Assembly (NCBI GenBank): GCA_043819155.1
Contig: JBDRFC010000001.1
Location: forward strand, 1 to 50,259
Direction of reading: 5' to 3'
Source: Chloroflexota bacterium
GTDB taxonomy: Bacteria; Chloroflexota; Dehalococcoidia; Dehalococcoidales; G020351185
Length of the DNA: 50,259 nucleotides
Each line of letters starts with the position of its first letter. Position 1 is the first letter of the stretch. Position numbers and translations under genes: made by a program. Below, piece by piece: positions 17,729 through 26,663 of the stretch. The notes beneath the pieces were generated by a model. That model made no database searches, was not told the DNA's origin, and worked only from the letters and a program-made list of their open reading frames with translations.

Positions 17729-17941
17729 ATGTCAGAGATAAGATACCAGGCAATAGAAACATACGATGGCGAGGGCAATCTGATAGCCACCGAATCCATA
17801 CCCTACGAGGTTTCCAAAGAGGAAATGGCCAGGGAAGAAGCGGAAAACATAATCAAACAGCTGTCCGATTTGCCCGATGCCGAGCTAACCACCACCCAGC
17901 TTAAACAGCTTGTAAAAGCGCTGGCCAGGTTAAGGAGATAA
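17729..17941 (+). CDS. phage structural-module hypothetical protein (70 aa)
   Basis: SD is GGGAGG, with a 1-nt gap from the preceding gene. Confidence 0.55.
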   Translation: MSEIRYQAIETYDGEGNLIATESIPYEVSKEEMAREEAENIIKQLSDLPDAELTTTQLKQLVKALARLRR

Positions 17942-17944
17942 CCG

Positions 17945-18568
17945 ATGAACCTGACTGAAATGAGAGCTATAGTGCGACGCGACCTGCGCGACGAGGACTC
18001 TGAAAACTACCGCTGGAGCGACGATGAGCTTAACCGCCACATCACCCACGCCATCGGGGAGCTTTCCGAAGCCATACCTCTGGAACAAAAGGCGACCACC
18101 AACGGCTCAAGGGAGATTGATATATCCAGTTTATCGGACAGGGTGATGGTTCAGGCCTTAGAATACCCGGTGGGCCGTTTCCCCAGAGTATACCAGCGCT
18201 TCTCCCTGTGGGGCGACGCCATAACCCTGCTGGGCGGCGAAGTCCCGGATGGCTCAAACACCTATATCTACTACGGTAAGTTGCACACCCTGGATGCCAC
18301 CAGCTCAACAATCCCCACCATCTACGAGAATCTTGTCAGCACCGGTGGCGCCGGCTATGCCGCCGTAGAGTGGGCCGCCTTTGCCATAAACCGGGTTAAT
18401 GTCGGCGGCAATACAACACCCAGAGAGTTTCTGGACTGGGGGCAGGAAAGGCTCAACTACTTCAGGCAAGAGCTTAAGCGGCTTGGTCGCAGAAACCGTG
18501 CCAGAGTAAACCAGCTGTACAAGCCAGCCTATCCGGTCGTGTCAAAAACAACCGACTACGGACCATAA
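17945..18568 (+). CDS. putative head-tail adaptor/connector-like protein (207 aa)
   Basis: The N-terminus LTEMRAIVRRDLRDEDSENYRWSDDELNRHITHAIGELS resembles gp6-type adaptor N-termini. SD is AAGGAG. Confidence 0.5.
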   Translation: MNLTEMRAIVRRDLRDEDSENYRWSDDELNRHITHAIGELSEAIPLEQKATTNGSREIDISSLSDRVMVQALEYPVGRFPRVYQRFSLWGDAITLLGGEVPDGSNTYIYYGKLHTLDATSSTIPTIYENLVSTGGAGYAAVEWAAFAINRVNVGGNTTPREFLDWGQERLNYFRQELKRLGRRNRARVNQLYKPAYPVVSKTTDYGP

Positions 18569-18583
18569 ATAACTGGAGAACTA

Positions 18584-18832
18584 ATGATAGCAGAAATCTA
18601 CAAAACACTATGGCATGCCATCGGCGGACGCCCATGGACCTATATAATGCGTGATATATGGCATAAATACGAAGGGCTGTGTATTATCACCCTCGTTACC
18701 CTGGGTGCGTTGCTAGGGCACTGGATATGGCCGCTGGTCTTCTGGCTACTGCTTGTTTTTGCTTCTGGTTATATTGCCGGCCATTTATTCTGGGGAACGA
18801 AATACATCCCTGATCAAGCGGGTGAGGATTAA
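18584..18832 (+). CDS. small membrane protein, 2 TM helices (holin-like topology)
   Basis: 82 aa. The hydrophobic segments are LCIITLVTLGALLGHWIW and LVFWLLLVFASGYIAGHLFW. Confidence 0.55.
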   Translation: MIAEIYKTLWHAIGGRPWTYIMRDIWHKYEGLCIITLVTLGALLGHWIWPLVFWLLLVFASGYIAGHLFWGTKYIPDQAGED

Positions 18833-18834
18833 AA

Positions 18835-20847
18835 ATGAGAACTCTAACAGAAACTCTGCTAGCTGCCCAAAAGCAAGCTTCCTGCATTCCATATGTAAAG
18901 CTGGAAGCCAGCAACAAGATTGCCAGGGTTACCCGGCTTTACTGGACCAGGCTGTATAACGGCTCGGAGGACGACTACTTCCATGCCTTGGCCATACCCG
19001 GTGACGGCTCACTTATCAGGGTCAGGATAACACCGCCGTCTGACTCAAGAAAGCTATACTGGCAACGGGTAGCCAATCCGGACCCGGAGTCCGATTTTAG
19101 CCAGTGGACCTATGCAAACCAGTATAACGCCGTTATCGTGGCTACGGCTTCGCTGGGAGCCGAGGTATCCATATTCTGGATTAAGTCCGACCGCAAAATA
19201 CAGCGTATAAAGAGCACCGATTATGGTGTTAGCTGGGGAAGCGCGGAACTTGTTGATTACTCACCGACCACCGCCATAAACGGCATTTCCGCCGCCTACA
19301 AAGCAAATGGTGACATCGCCCTGTTCTTTGCCGACCAGTCTACTCTTTATGTCAAAATATATGAAAATGGACAGTGGCAGACAAAATCAGCCTGGGATAA
19401 AAGCACCGGCAATCTATCAGGCGCGGCGACTGTCTATGACGGCGATTGGAACCTTTTTATCACCGGGCAGGACACGGATGACAGCTACAAGCTGTGGAGT
19501 CTCATTTATGGCGACGGTGGTGAAGTCGCCGCCGGTAGCTGGTCTGAGCTAAAGGAATTCGCCCAGGCTCCATCCGGCGGCGACTTCGAATACCACCGTG
19601 CTTTTCTAGGCAAACCGGATGTCTTCCGTGGTTTTTACATTGAGAAGTTCACCGGCAGCCAGGCTTACTCGCGTCCCTTCTGGGCACATTCGATAGCTGA
19701 TACAGCTTTCATCGACAACCTGTGGCGGGAAGCGGTGCCCTTTAATCTATCTTCGAATTACGGGCTGGCTATTGCTCACCACGGAGATTGCTGCTGGCTG
19801 TCCTGCCCCAACGGCGTCTGGCAAGCCTCTCTTGCCAGCCAAAGTCTGGAACTAACTGCCGATGTCCTCTCTCTAAAACAGGAAACAAAAGGTTTAGATG
19901 ATAAGCTTGCCGTAGAAATCAGAAATGATGACGGCTGTTTCTCATCAATGCCGGCACCGCTTGGCATCGGCTGCCAGCTGGACTTTAGCCCCGGTTATAC
20001 AACCTCACAGGGCAACGAGGCAAGCAGCGGGCACTCATTTTTCGTGGAAGCCTGTGAATATACAAGCTCAGGTGGCAGAGCCAGCCTGATTCTTTATGCT
20101 ACCGGCGGTTGGGAATTGCTTCGGAATTGGGTATGCCGTTACCAGTTACGATGGAATAAAGATTCAGAGGATACGAATGTTAAAGATATCATCGCCTTTA
20201 TCCTCGCCCGGGCCGGATTGAAGCTGGAGGTTATATCCCAATCATCGGTTATTACCGGCTTCTATCCCGATTTCACCATAAACCCCGGGAGCGGGGGCGA
20301 CACCGTCATCAGTAGGCTCATGTCATTTGCGCCTGATGTATTGTTTTTTGAGGGCAATAAAGCCTATCTTATCAACCCGCAGGCTGAAGATAATCCGGTT
20401 TATTCCTATATTACTCCGCAATCCGATGCGGCCGGCATCCACCCGATATTTAAAGGGCACTATAAGCTAAGTGCCCTGAAGCTTAACCGGATTCAGGTTG
20501 AAGGCTTCGACATTGCCAGCGAATCCGCCATCGTCACCGAAAGCTTCGACTGGGAAGAAATAGAAAGGCTTTATGACCGCTTTAAAAAGCTGGAGGATAT
20601 AAACGTGGGCTCGGTAAGCCAGGCACAAGCTCGGGGTGAGGCCCACCTCCGTAAAGCCGAAATAGCATCAGCCAATGGCACAATCAGCATCCCGGTTAAC
20701 TGTGGCCAGCAGCTATATGATGTCATTGAAATCACCGATAGCCGTGCCGGACTTGATACCGAAAAAAGGCGGCTGCTGGGCTTAACCCTGACTTACAATC
20801 CGAGCCGCAGTGAGTATGAACAACGCTTGATACTTGGTGCAGTATAA
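18835..20847 (+). CDS. large tail/hub-like protein: N-terminal BNR/Asp-box beta-propeller-like half + C-terminal gpD/late-control-D-like half
   Basis: 670 aa. It has the Asp-box STDYGVSW and W-rich blade-like repeats. The C-terminal pattern (VKDIIAFILARAGL ... ISIPVNCGQQLYDVIEITD ... LTLTYNP) resembles baseplate-hub proteins. Confidence 0.6.
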   Translation: MRTLTETLLAAQKQASCIPYVKLEASNKIARVTRLYWTRLYNGSEDDYFHALAIPGDGSLIRVRITPPSDSRKLYWQRVANPDPESDFSQWTYANQYNAVIVATASLGAEVSIFWIKSDRKIQRIKSTDYGVSWGSAELVDYSPTTAINGISAAYKANGDIALFFADQSTLYVKIYENGQWQTKSAWDKSTGNLSGAATVYDGDWNLFITGQDTDDSYKLWSLIYGDGGEVAAGSWSELKEFAQAPSGGDFEYHRAFLGKPDVFRGFYIEKFTGSQAYSRPFWAHSIADTAFIDNLWREAVPFNLSSNYGLAIAHHGDCCWLSCPNGVWQASLASQSLELTADVLSLKQETKGLDDKLAVEIRNDDGCFSSMPAPLGIGCQLDFSPGYTTSQGNEASSGHSFFVEACEYTSSGGRASLILYATGGWELLRNWVCRYQLRWNKDSEDTNVKDIIAFILARAGLKLEVISQSSVITGFYPDFTINPGSGGDTVISRLMSFAPDVLFFEGNKAYLINPQAEDNPVYSYITPQSDAAGIHPIFKGHYKLSALKLNRIQVEGFDIASESAIVTESFDWEEIERLYDRFKKLEDINVGSVSQAQARGEAHLRKAEIASANGTISIPVNCGQQLYDVIEITDSRAGLDTEKRRLLGLTLTYNPSRSEYEQRLILGAV

Positions 20848-20865
20848 AGAAGGAGATTAAATATA

Positions 20866-21078
20866 ATGAAACTAAAAAAAGCGGTACTGAGAAACTTCAA
20901 TTCCATAGATTATACGGCTACCATCCAGCTTGTCGGTAGCTTCAAGGTATACCTTGAAGATATTGCCGTCGCCCGCAACCTGCCATCAGCCGAGATGATA
21001 AACGGCAGAAAGGCAGCGGTCGTCTTCTTCGATGAGTATAACCCAAAGGAAGCGGTGGTGGTGGCTGTTTACAATTAA
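20866..21078 (+). CDS. small OB-fold-like spike/gpV-N-terminal-like protein (70 aa)
   Basis: The pattern TATIQLVGS...LEDIAVARNL...GRKAAVVFFDEYNP.EAVVVAVY resembles small baseplate spike domains. SD is GAAGGAG. Confidence 0.45.
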   Translation: MKLKKAVLRNFNSIDYTATIQLVGSFKVYLEDIAVARNLPSAEMINGRKAAVVFFDEYNPKEAVVVAVYN

Positions 21079-21114
21079 GGTTTATTGTCAATATACATAT
21101 TCTCACTCCTCACC

Positions 21115-21144
21115 TTGACACCACCACCCAAACTAGCATAAAAT
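21115..21144 (+). promoter_or_regulatory. promoter for rpsU-yqeY
   Basis: TTGACA (21115-21120), 18-nt spacer, TAAAAT (21139-21144). Confidence 0.5.
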
Positions 21145-21221
21145 TATCAGGTTTACTATTTATCTGGCTGTACATTATGTTACTACGTGATGCCAGCCTA
21201 TTTTGAAAGGGGTTGATGCTT

Positions 21222-21428
21222 TTGGCCACCACCGTAAAGGCCAACGAAGGGGAAAGTTTTGATAACCTGTTAAGAAGGTTTAACCGCAAGGTTCAGATGG
21301 AAGGCGTGTTATCCGAAGCACGCCGCAGAGGACACTATCAGAAACCCATCACCCGCCGCGCCCGTAAAACGGCCGCCAGGAGGCGCTCGGCATCTAAGGC
21401 TGCCAGATCAGTCAAAAGGCAGTATTAA
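21222..21428 (+). CDS. rpsU: 30S ribosomal protein S21
   Basis: The sequence VKANEGESFDNLLRRFNRKVQMEGVLSEARRRGHYQKP with a basic tail is S21-like. The TTG at 21222 is best spaced from the GAAAGGGG SD. The ORF track start (21213) and the ATG at 21216 are alternatives. Confidence 0.88.
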   Translation: MATTVKANEGESFDNLLRRFNRKVQMEGVLSEARRRGHYQKPITRRARKTAARRRSASKAARSVKRQY

Positions 21429-21441
21429 GGCATTAGTTAAA

Positions 21442-21891
21442 GTGGAAGCATCTCTGAAACAAAAGCTAAACGATGACCTCATGCAATCGTTAAAAGACAG
21501 GGATAAACGCCGCAGCTCGGTCATACGGCTGGTAATGTCGGCCGTCCATAACAGCGAAATCGCCAAACGGGCTTCACTGGAGGATACGGATATCTTGGGT
21601 GTTATCGCCAAGGAAGCCAAGCAGCGCAAAGAGAGCATCGAAGCCTTCAAGCAGGGAAACCGCCAGGACCTTGTAGATCAGGAAGAAGCAGAACTGGTTA
21701 TCCTTGAAGAATATCTACCCGAACAAATGAGCCGTGATGAAATAGTATCCACCGCCCGCAAGGTCATAGACGAGATCGGCGCCCAGAGCTTACAAGATAA
21801 AGGCAAGGTTATGGGCAAACTCATACCCCAGCTTAAGGGCAAAGCAGAAGGCAAAACAATAAATGAAGTTGTAACCGAGTTGCTTGGCTAA
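21442..21891 (+). CDS. GatB/YqeY domain protein
   Basis: 149 aa with a GTG start. The pattern LKQKLNDDLMQSLKDRDK..VIRLVMSAV..EIAK... is typical of YqeY. Confidence 0.85.
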   Translation: MEASLKQKLNDDLMQSLKDRDKRRSSVIRLVMSAVHNSEIAKRASLEDTDILGVIAKEAKQRKESIEAFKQGNRQDLVDQEEAELVILEEYLPEQMSRDEIVSTARKVIDEIGAQSLQDKGKVMGKLIPQLKGKAEGKTINEVVTELLG

Positions 21892-21912
21892 TATTTTATT
21901 AAAACAAATGAT

Positions 21913-21938
21913 AAAAAGAGGGCTGGTGCCCTCTTTTT
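21913..21938. terminator. bidirectional rho-independent terminator
   Basis: Stem AAAAAGAGGGC/GCCCTCTTTTT (11 bp) with loop TGGT, between the convergent yqeY-like and radical SAM genes. Confidence 0.75.
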
Positions 21939-21967
21939 ATTTATAAATTCGATAATATCTGGACAGC

Positions 21968-23569
21968 CTAAATAGCCATAGCCCTTTTAAATTCCCGGGC
22001 CAGATACTCATTTGAAACGCCCAGGTCAATATTTTCCCAAGGCAATTTGTCGCTGACATCCCACCTATCAAGCACATAATGGTTTATGTCAAATTGGCAC
22101 CGCTCCACTGCCTTTCGCCAGCCAGCCAGCGATACCTCTTCCATACCAGCGAGCACCTCAGCCATTTTCACATCACCCCGCGCCAGAGCACCCTGAACAT
22201 GACTCCAGGCTACGCTTTCACTCTTTATCTTAATCCCCTTCTGCGACAGCTCCTTTTTAAGCATATTCAAACGACGATTAAGGGCCGGCAGGTCTGCCAT
22301 CGGCGACCACTGGAAGGGAGTACCTGCCTTGGGCACAAAGGGAGCAACATTCAGGCTGAGACGGCTGCCAACCCCACCCCTATCCAGTATATCTTTGCAC
22401 TTGATGCTCAAGCTTATAATCTGTTTTACATCATCATCGGTCTCCGAGGGCAATCCAATCATAAAATAGAGCTTAAGTTGTCTTATTGCCTGATCAGTAA
22501 CTTTCGCCACCGCCTTTAAAATGTCATATTCTGAGATTTTTTTACCTATAACCTGTCGTAATCTTTGCGAACCAGCTTCGGGAGCCAGTGTAATTGTACG
22601 GACGCCCCCCTTAGCCATCTCGCTGAGCACTCTTTCCGAAAGTGGGCTGACTCTCAGCGAGCTTAAGGAAAGACCGGCTCCCATTACGCGCAATCTGGAT
22701 AACAATTCCTCTATCTGCGGGTGGTCGGAAACTACCGGCCCCACCAGCCCCAACCGCTTTCTGTATTTTAATCCCAGCTTTGCCTGTTCAAGCAGGTTTT
22801 CCAAAGAATGATAGCGTATCGGGCAAAATACATTGCTGACGAGGCAAAAGCGGCAACCCCAGCTACAACCCCGCTCAACCTCAATAAGATAAAGTTTGCC
22901 AAGTTCCGTATCCGGCGTCAATATAGCCGAACTAACCATGAAATCATCCAGATTTTGCGCCCACTGGCGAGCGACGGGCGCACCGTTATGGTACTGTGGC
23001 ACATAGACTCCCGGTAGCTTTGCCAGTTCCTCCAGCACATTATTCCTTTTACCATTCCCCTGAGATAGCACTGAAAGCACCGCCGGCATTATAGCTTCGG
23101 CTTCACCGATACACAGGCAGTCGAAGAACGGGGCCAGCGGCATCGGATTGGCGGTAATGCAGACGCCACCGGCGATAACCAGCGGATGGCGGTCGTCACG
23201 TTCGGCAGCATAAAGCGGTATACCGCTACCTTTAAGGATATTTACCACATTGAAATAGTCAAGCTCATAGGAAATTGAAAAAGCGATGACGGCAAAATCA
23301 GCCAGCGGCCGCCGTGATTCCAAGCTCAGGACAGGTTTATCATCCCAGAATGCGCGCTCACAGACAACATCACTATAGCCATTCAGCATTTTATAAATGG
23401 CATGGACACCCAGGTTGGACATGCCCATATAATATGAATTGGGGTAGACAAGGGCGATGGGCAATCTGCCTCCCCAATCCTTTATAATAGTTCCCTGCTC
23501 GCGTGAAAGTGGCGAATTCCCCCGGCGGGCCTTTACCTGCCGTTTTTTGCCGACTTCGTCCCAGCCCAT
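21968..23569 (-). CDS. B12-binding-domain radical SAM protein
   Basis: 533 aa. It has the CxxxCxxC motif in VERGCSWGCRFC and an N-terminal cobalamin-binding-like domain. Confidence 0.8.
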   Translation of the reverse strand: MGWDEVGKKRQVKARRGNSPLSREQGTIIKDWGGRLPIALVYPNSYYMGMSNLGVHAIYKMLNGYSDVVCERAFWDDKPVLSLESRRPLADFAVIAFSISYELDYFNVVNILKGSGIPLYAAERDDRHPLVIAGGVCITANPMPLAPFFDCLCIGEAEAIMPAVLSVLSQGNGKRNNVLEELAKLPGVYVPQYHNGAPVARQWAQNLDDFMVSSAILTPDTELGKLYLIEVERGCSWGCRFCLVSNVFCPIRYHSLENLLEQAKLGLKYRKRLGLVGPVVSDHPQIEELLSRLRVMGAGLSLSSLRVSPLSERVLSEMAKGGVRTITLAPEAGSQRLRQVIGKKISEYDILKAVAKVTDQAIRQLKLYFMIGLPSETDDDVKQIISLSIKCKDILDRGGVGSRLSLNVAPFVPKAGTPFQWSPMADLPALNRRLNMLKKELSQKGIKIKSESVAWSHVQGALARGDVKMAEVLAGMEEVSLAGWRKAVERCQFDINHYVLDRWDVSDKLPWENIDLGVSNEYLAREFKRAMAI

Positions 23570-23571
23570 TC

Positions 23572-24111
23572 TTACTTCCAGCAGCTTTTAAGCAGGCGGC
23601 CGTCTATAGTAACCACCTTATCGGCTACATTACGCAGCTGCATAGAGGTCCGTTCCTTGCCGAAGAGTGCCACTTCGACATTCTTGCCATTGTCTTTAAC
23701 TGCTTGCAACGCGCCGACAAAATCATTATCACCTGCTATCAGTACGGCAACATCATAATTATTTTTAAAGCTGTGGGTTATCATATCTGTAGCCAGCTGG
23801 ATATCCACCCCTTTTTCATATGGCGGAGTCCCCGGCCAGTTGTTATATACCAGCCTCCCCAACCGCAATTCGGTATAGGGTATGGCTTCCACGCCGGCAA
23901 AATATTTCTTCTGGTCTTTATAGCGCTCCGGCTCCTCTTTCAGCCCCACCCTGGCGTTATAATAGTAGATTCTCACCAGACGGCGCTTATCCAGCATCCT
24001 CTGGCAGAACTTGCCTATATCTATATCCGTTCTCTTGAAAAAATGCCTCAGGGAATGATACAGATTACTGCCATCGATAAATATCATCACCCTTTCTGAT
24101 TTATCTAACAC
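23572..24111 (-). CDS. NYN/LabA-like domain protein (predicted RNase fold)
   Basis: 179 aa. It has VMIFIDGSNLYHS and LIAGDNDFVGALQAVKDNGKNVEV. Confidence 0.8.
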   Translation of the reverse strand: MLDKSERVMIFIDGSNLYHSLRHFFKRTDIDIGKFCQRMLDKRRLVRIYYYNARVGLKEEPERYKDQKKYFAGVEAIPYTELRLGRLVYNNWPGTPPYEKGVDIQLATDMITHSFKNNYDVAVLIAGDNDFVGALQAVKDNGKNVEVALFGKERTSMQLRNVADKVVTIDGRLLKSCWK

Positions 24112-24134
24112 TTATCACCTCCTTTCTGTTAACA

Positions 24135-26663
24135 TCAACACTTTGTATAGCCACACCCCGGGCAGATGAAGCAGCCCTCCTGGAAGACAAGGACACTACC
24201 GCAGTCCGGGCATTGCCCGGCTATGTTTTTCACCAAGCCATAATCCTGGACAGGCTTTGCGTCTTTATTATTCCTATCTTCATCAATGCCTATATGCTTT
24301 TCCAGAACGCTGGCAATGGCATCGGCGCAGGAGAGTATGGACTTGCCATCCTCCCAGGCAATGGACGGGCAACGAATACCTTTAAGCTGCTTCACCACCG
24401 AGGCAACATCCACCCCTGACCTTAAAGCCAGAGAAATCAGGCGGCAGATGGCTTCAAGCTGGGCAGAAGCACAGCCACCGGCTTTGCCCAGATGGGAAAA
24501 AACCTCACATATCCCCTGTTCGTCTGAATTAACCGTTACATACAGATGCCCACAGCCTGTATTTACCTTCTCTGTCACCCCGGATGTTTTTCTTGACCTC
24601 TTCCTGGGGCTGAGTACGGCAACCTTTTCAGGTGCATCTGTCTTGCCCGTTGTCAATACCTGCCCCTCACGGCTGCCATCCCGGTAGATTGTTATCCCCT
24701 TCAAACCTTCCTCGTAAGCCATCCTGTAAACCTTTGCTATATCTTCCTGTGTGGCATCCCTGGAGAAGTTGACCGTCTTGGAGACGGCGTTATCGGTATA
24801 CCGCTGGAAGGCAGACTGCATTTTTACATGCCAGACGGTATCTATCTCATGGGCGGTAACAAAAAACTGCTTGCTGCCTTCCGGCACATCATCAATATCA
24901 CTCAGATGAACGCCATTTGCCAGCTTCTGCATCAAATCCTCGGAATGGAAGCCTCCCTGTCTGGCGGCTTCCTCAAAATATGGATTTACCTCAACCATCC
25001 GCGTGCCGTCAAGGATATTCCGTGTATAGCTCAGAGCAAAAAGCGGCTCGATACCGCTGGAACAACCGGCAATGAGGCTCAGCGTTCCGGTAGGAGCGAT
25101 GGTAGTGCACGAGGCATTTCTAATCTTCTGACCGCCGGTAATATCATATATGCTACCCTCAAAGGCGGGGAAGGCACCCCTTTCCTGCGCCAGTGCCACC
25201 GAGGCTTTCTTTGCCTCTTCATCTATGAATCCCATGACTTCGGAGGCTATCTTTAGTGCCTCTTCCGAGTTATAAGGAACGCCCATCTGGAGCAGCATAT
25301 CGGCAAAGCCCATCACGCCCAGCCCTATCTTCCTCGTTTTCTTCGTCATTTCTTCTATCTCGGGCAGCGGGAACTTATTGACATCAATAACATTATCCAG
25401 AAACCTGACGGCTTTTTTTACAATCTCATCCAGTCTGGAGTAATCAATAACAACAGCGTTATTTTCACTGCGCAGCATTCTCGACAGGTTTATAGAGCCC
25501 AGATTGCAGGACTCATAGGGTAAAAGCGGCTGCTCGCCGCAGGGATTCGTACTCTCGATTTTACCCAGGTGCGGCGTCGGATTTCCCTCATTTATGCGGT
25601 CAATGAAAACGATACCGGGGTCACCCGTCTGCCAGGCTAAAGCCACTATCTTATCAAATACCTCCCTGGCATTGAGCTTTCCCACCGCTTCTCCAGTATG
25701 CGGGTTCAGCAGGTCATAATCACTGCCGGCGTTTACCGCTTCCATGAAACCGGCTGTCACCGCCACCGAGATATTGAAATTTGTAAGAGCCGAAGGGTCC
25801 TCTTTTGACGTTATAAATCTAATAATATCCGGGTGGTCAACATTAAGAATAGCCATATTGGCGCCACGACGCGTTCCACCCTGTTTTATAACATCGGTAG
25901 CCACATCAAAGGCGCGCATAAACGAAACGGGGCCGCTGGCTACGCCGCCGGTAGAGCCAACCCTATCCCTTTCCGGCCGCAGCCTGGAAAAGGAAAAGCC
26001 GGTGCCGCCGCCGCTCTTGTGAATCAGGGCTGTATTTTTAACCGTCTCAAAGATAGATTCCATAGAGTCTTCAATGGGCAGCACAAAGCAGGCCGATAGC
26101 TGCCCCAGCTCCCACCCGGCATTCATCAGGGTAGGTGAATTGGGCAAGAACTCAAGGTTTGCCATCAAGCAATAGAACTCGTTCTCCCACATTTTTGTAT
26201 CCGCTTCGGAATCATATATAGTTTCAGCTGAGGCAATCGCCCGTGCCACGCGGCGGAACATCTCTTCCGGTGTCTCAATGATATTACCTTTTTTATCCTT
26301 CTTCAGATATCTCCTCTCCAAGACATGAAGAGCATTCTGTGTAAGTTTAATATCAGCATCAGTCTTCGCCTTGTCCGCCATAACCGGTTTCTCCTTTTCC
26401 TTACTTTCCTCAGTTAAAAAATCCTTTACCGCACTCAGAATTTCAAATTCGGTAGCTAAATGTTTTTGCTTCTGCTTTTCAGATACCAGGTGTTCCATAC
26501 CGGGCAGGATTTGCGGGCGTTCCAGCCGTTCTATCACCTGGTTGGTGAGTTTTTCAATATGGTCTCTATCGGATATACCCATAGATTCGGCGGCGGCGAA
26601 TATAACCCGCGCAATCTGGGTGCGGTCCACAAGCTTCCCGCTTAATCCATTGACCTTGCTCAT
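24135..26663 (-). CDS. nrdJ: class II (adenosylcobalamin-dependent) ribonucleotide reductase with C-terminal Zn-ribbon
   Basis: 842 aa. It has LTQNALHVLERRYL, NPCGEQPL, TIAPTG, and the C-terminal CPDCGS...CPGCG. An N-terminal extension of about 95-105 aa precedes the conserved core. Confidence 0.92.
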   Translation of the reverse strand: MSKVNGLSGKLVDRTQIARVIFAAAESMGISDRDHIEKLTNQVIERLERPQILPGMEHLVSEKQKQKHLATEFEILSAVKDFLTEESKEKEKPVMADKAKTDADIKLTQNALHVLERRYLKKDKKGNIIETPEEMFRRVARAIASAETIYDSEADTKMWENEFYCLMANLEFLPNSPTLMNAGWELGQLSACFVLPIEDSMESIFETVKNTALIHKSGGGTGFSFSRLRPERDRVGSTGGVASGPVSFMRAFDVATDVIKQGGTRRGANMAILNVDHPDIIRFITSKEDPSALTNFNISVAVTAGFMEAVNAGSDYDLLNPHTGEAVGKLNAREVFDKIVALAWQTGDPGIVFIDRINEGNPTPHLGKIESTNPCGEQPLLPYESCNLGSINLSRMLRSENNAVVIDYSRLDEIVKKAVRFLDNVIDVNKFPLPEIEEMTKKTRKIGLGVMGFADMLLQMGVPYNSEEALKIASEVMGFIDEEAKKASVALAQERGAFPAFEGSIYDITGGQKIRNASCTTIAPTGTLSLIAGCSSGIEPLFALSYTRNILDGTRMVEVNPYFEEAARQGGFHSEDLMQKLANGVHLSDIDDVPEGSKQFFVTAHEIDTVWHVKMQSAFQRYTDNAVSKTVNFSRDATQEDIAKVYRMAYEEGLKGITIYRDGSREGQVLTTGKTDAPEKVAVLSPRKRSRKTSGVTEKVNTGCGHLYVTVNSDEQGICEVFSHLGKAGGCASAQLEAICRLISLALRSGVDVASVVKQLKGIRCPSIAWEDGKSILSCADAIASVLEKHIGIDEDRNNKDAKPVQDYGLVKNIAGQCPDCGSVLVFQEGCFICPGCGYTKC

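Larger units (their letters stand above)
8343..21078. mobile_element. phage-derived structural gene cluster (defective prophage or GTA-like element), interrupted by a reverse-oriented host-like operon
   Basis: Gene order is terS, terL (broken), [HTH + surface protein on the opposite strand], regulator, portal, scaffold, capsid, 4 small proteins, TM protein, hub-like, spike-like. I recognise no integrase, replication, repressor/lysis-enzyme, tail tube or tape measure. It is flanked by core genes (rnhA side, rpsU side). Confidence 0.7.

Noticed and set aside
23503-24099. 198-aa plus-strand ORF
   Set aside because: It is antisense to the NYN-domain gene and the radical SAM start, with no recognisable motifs.
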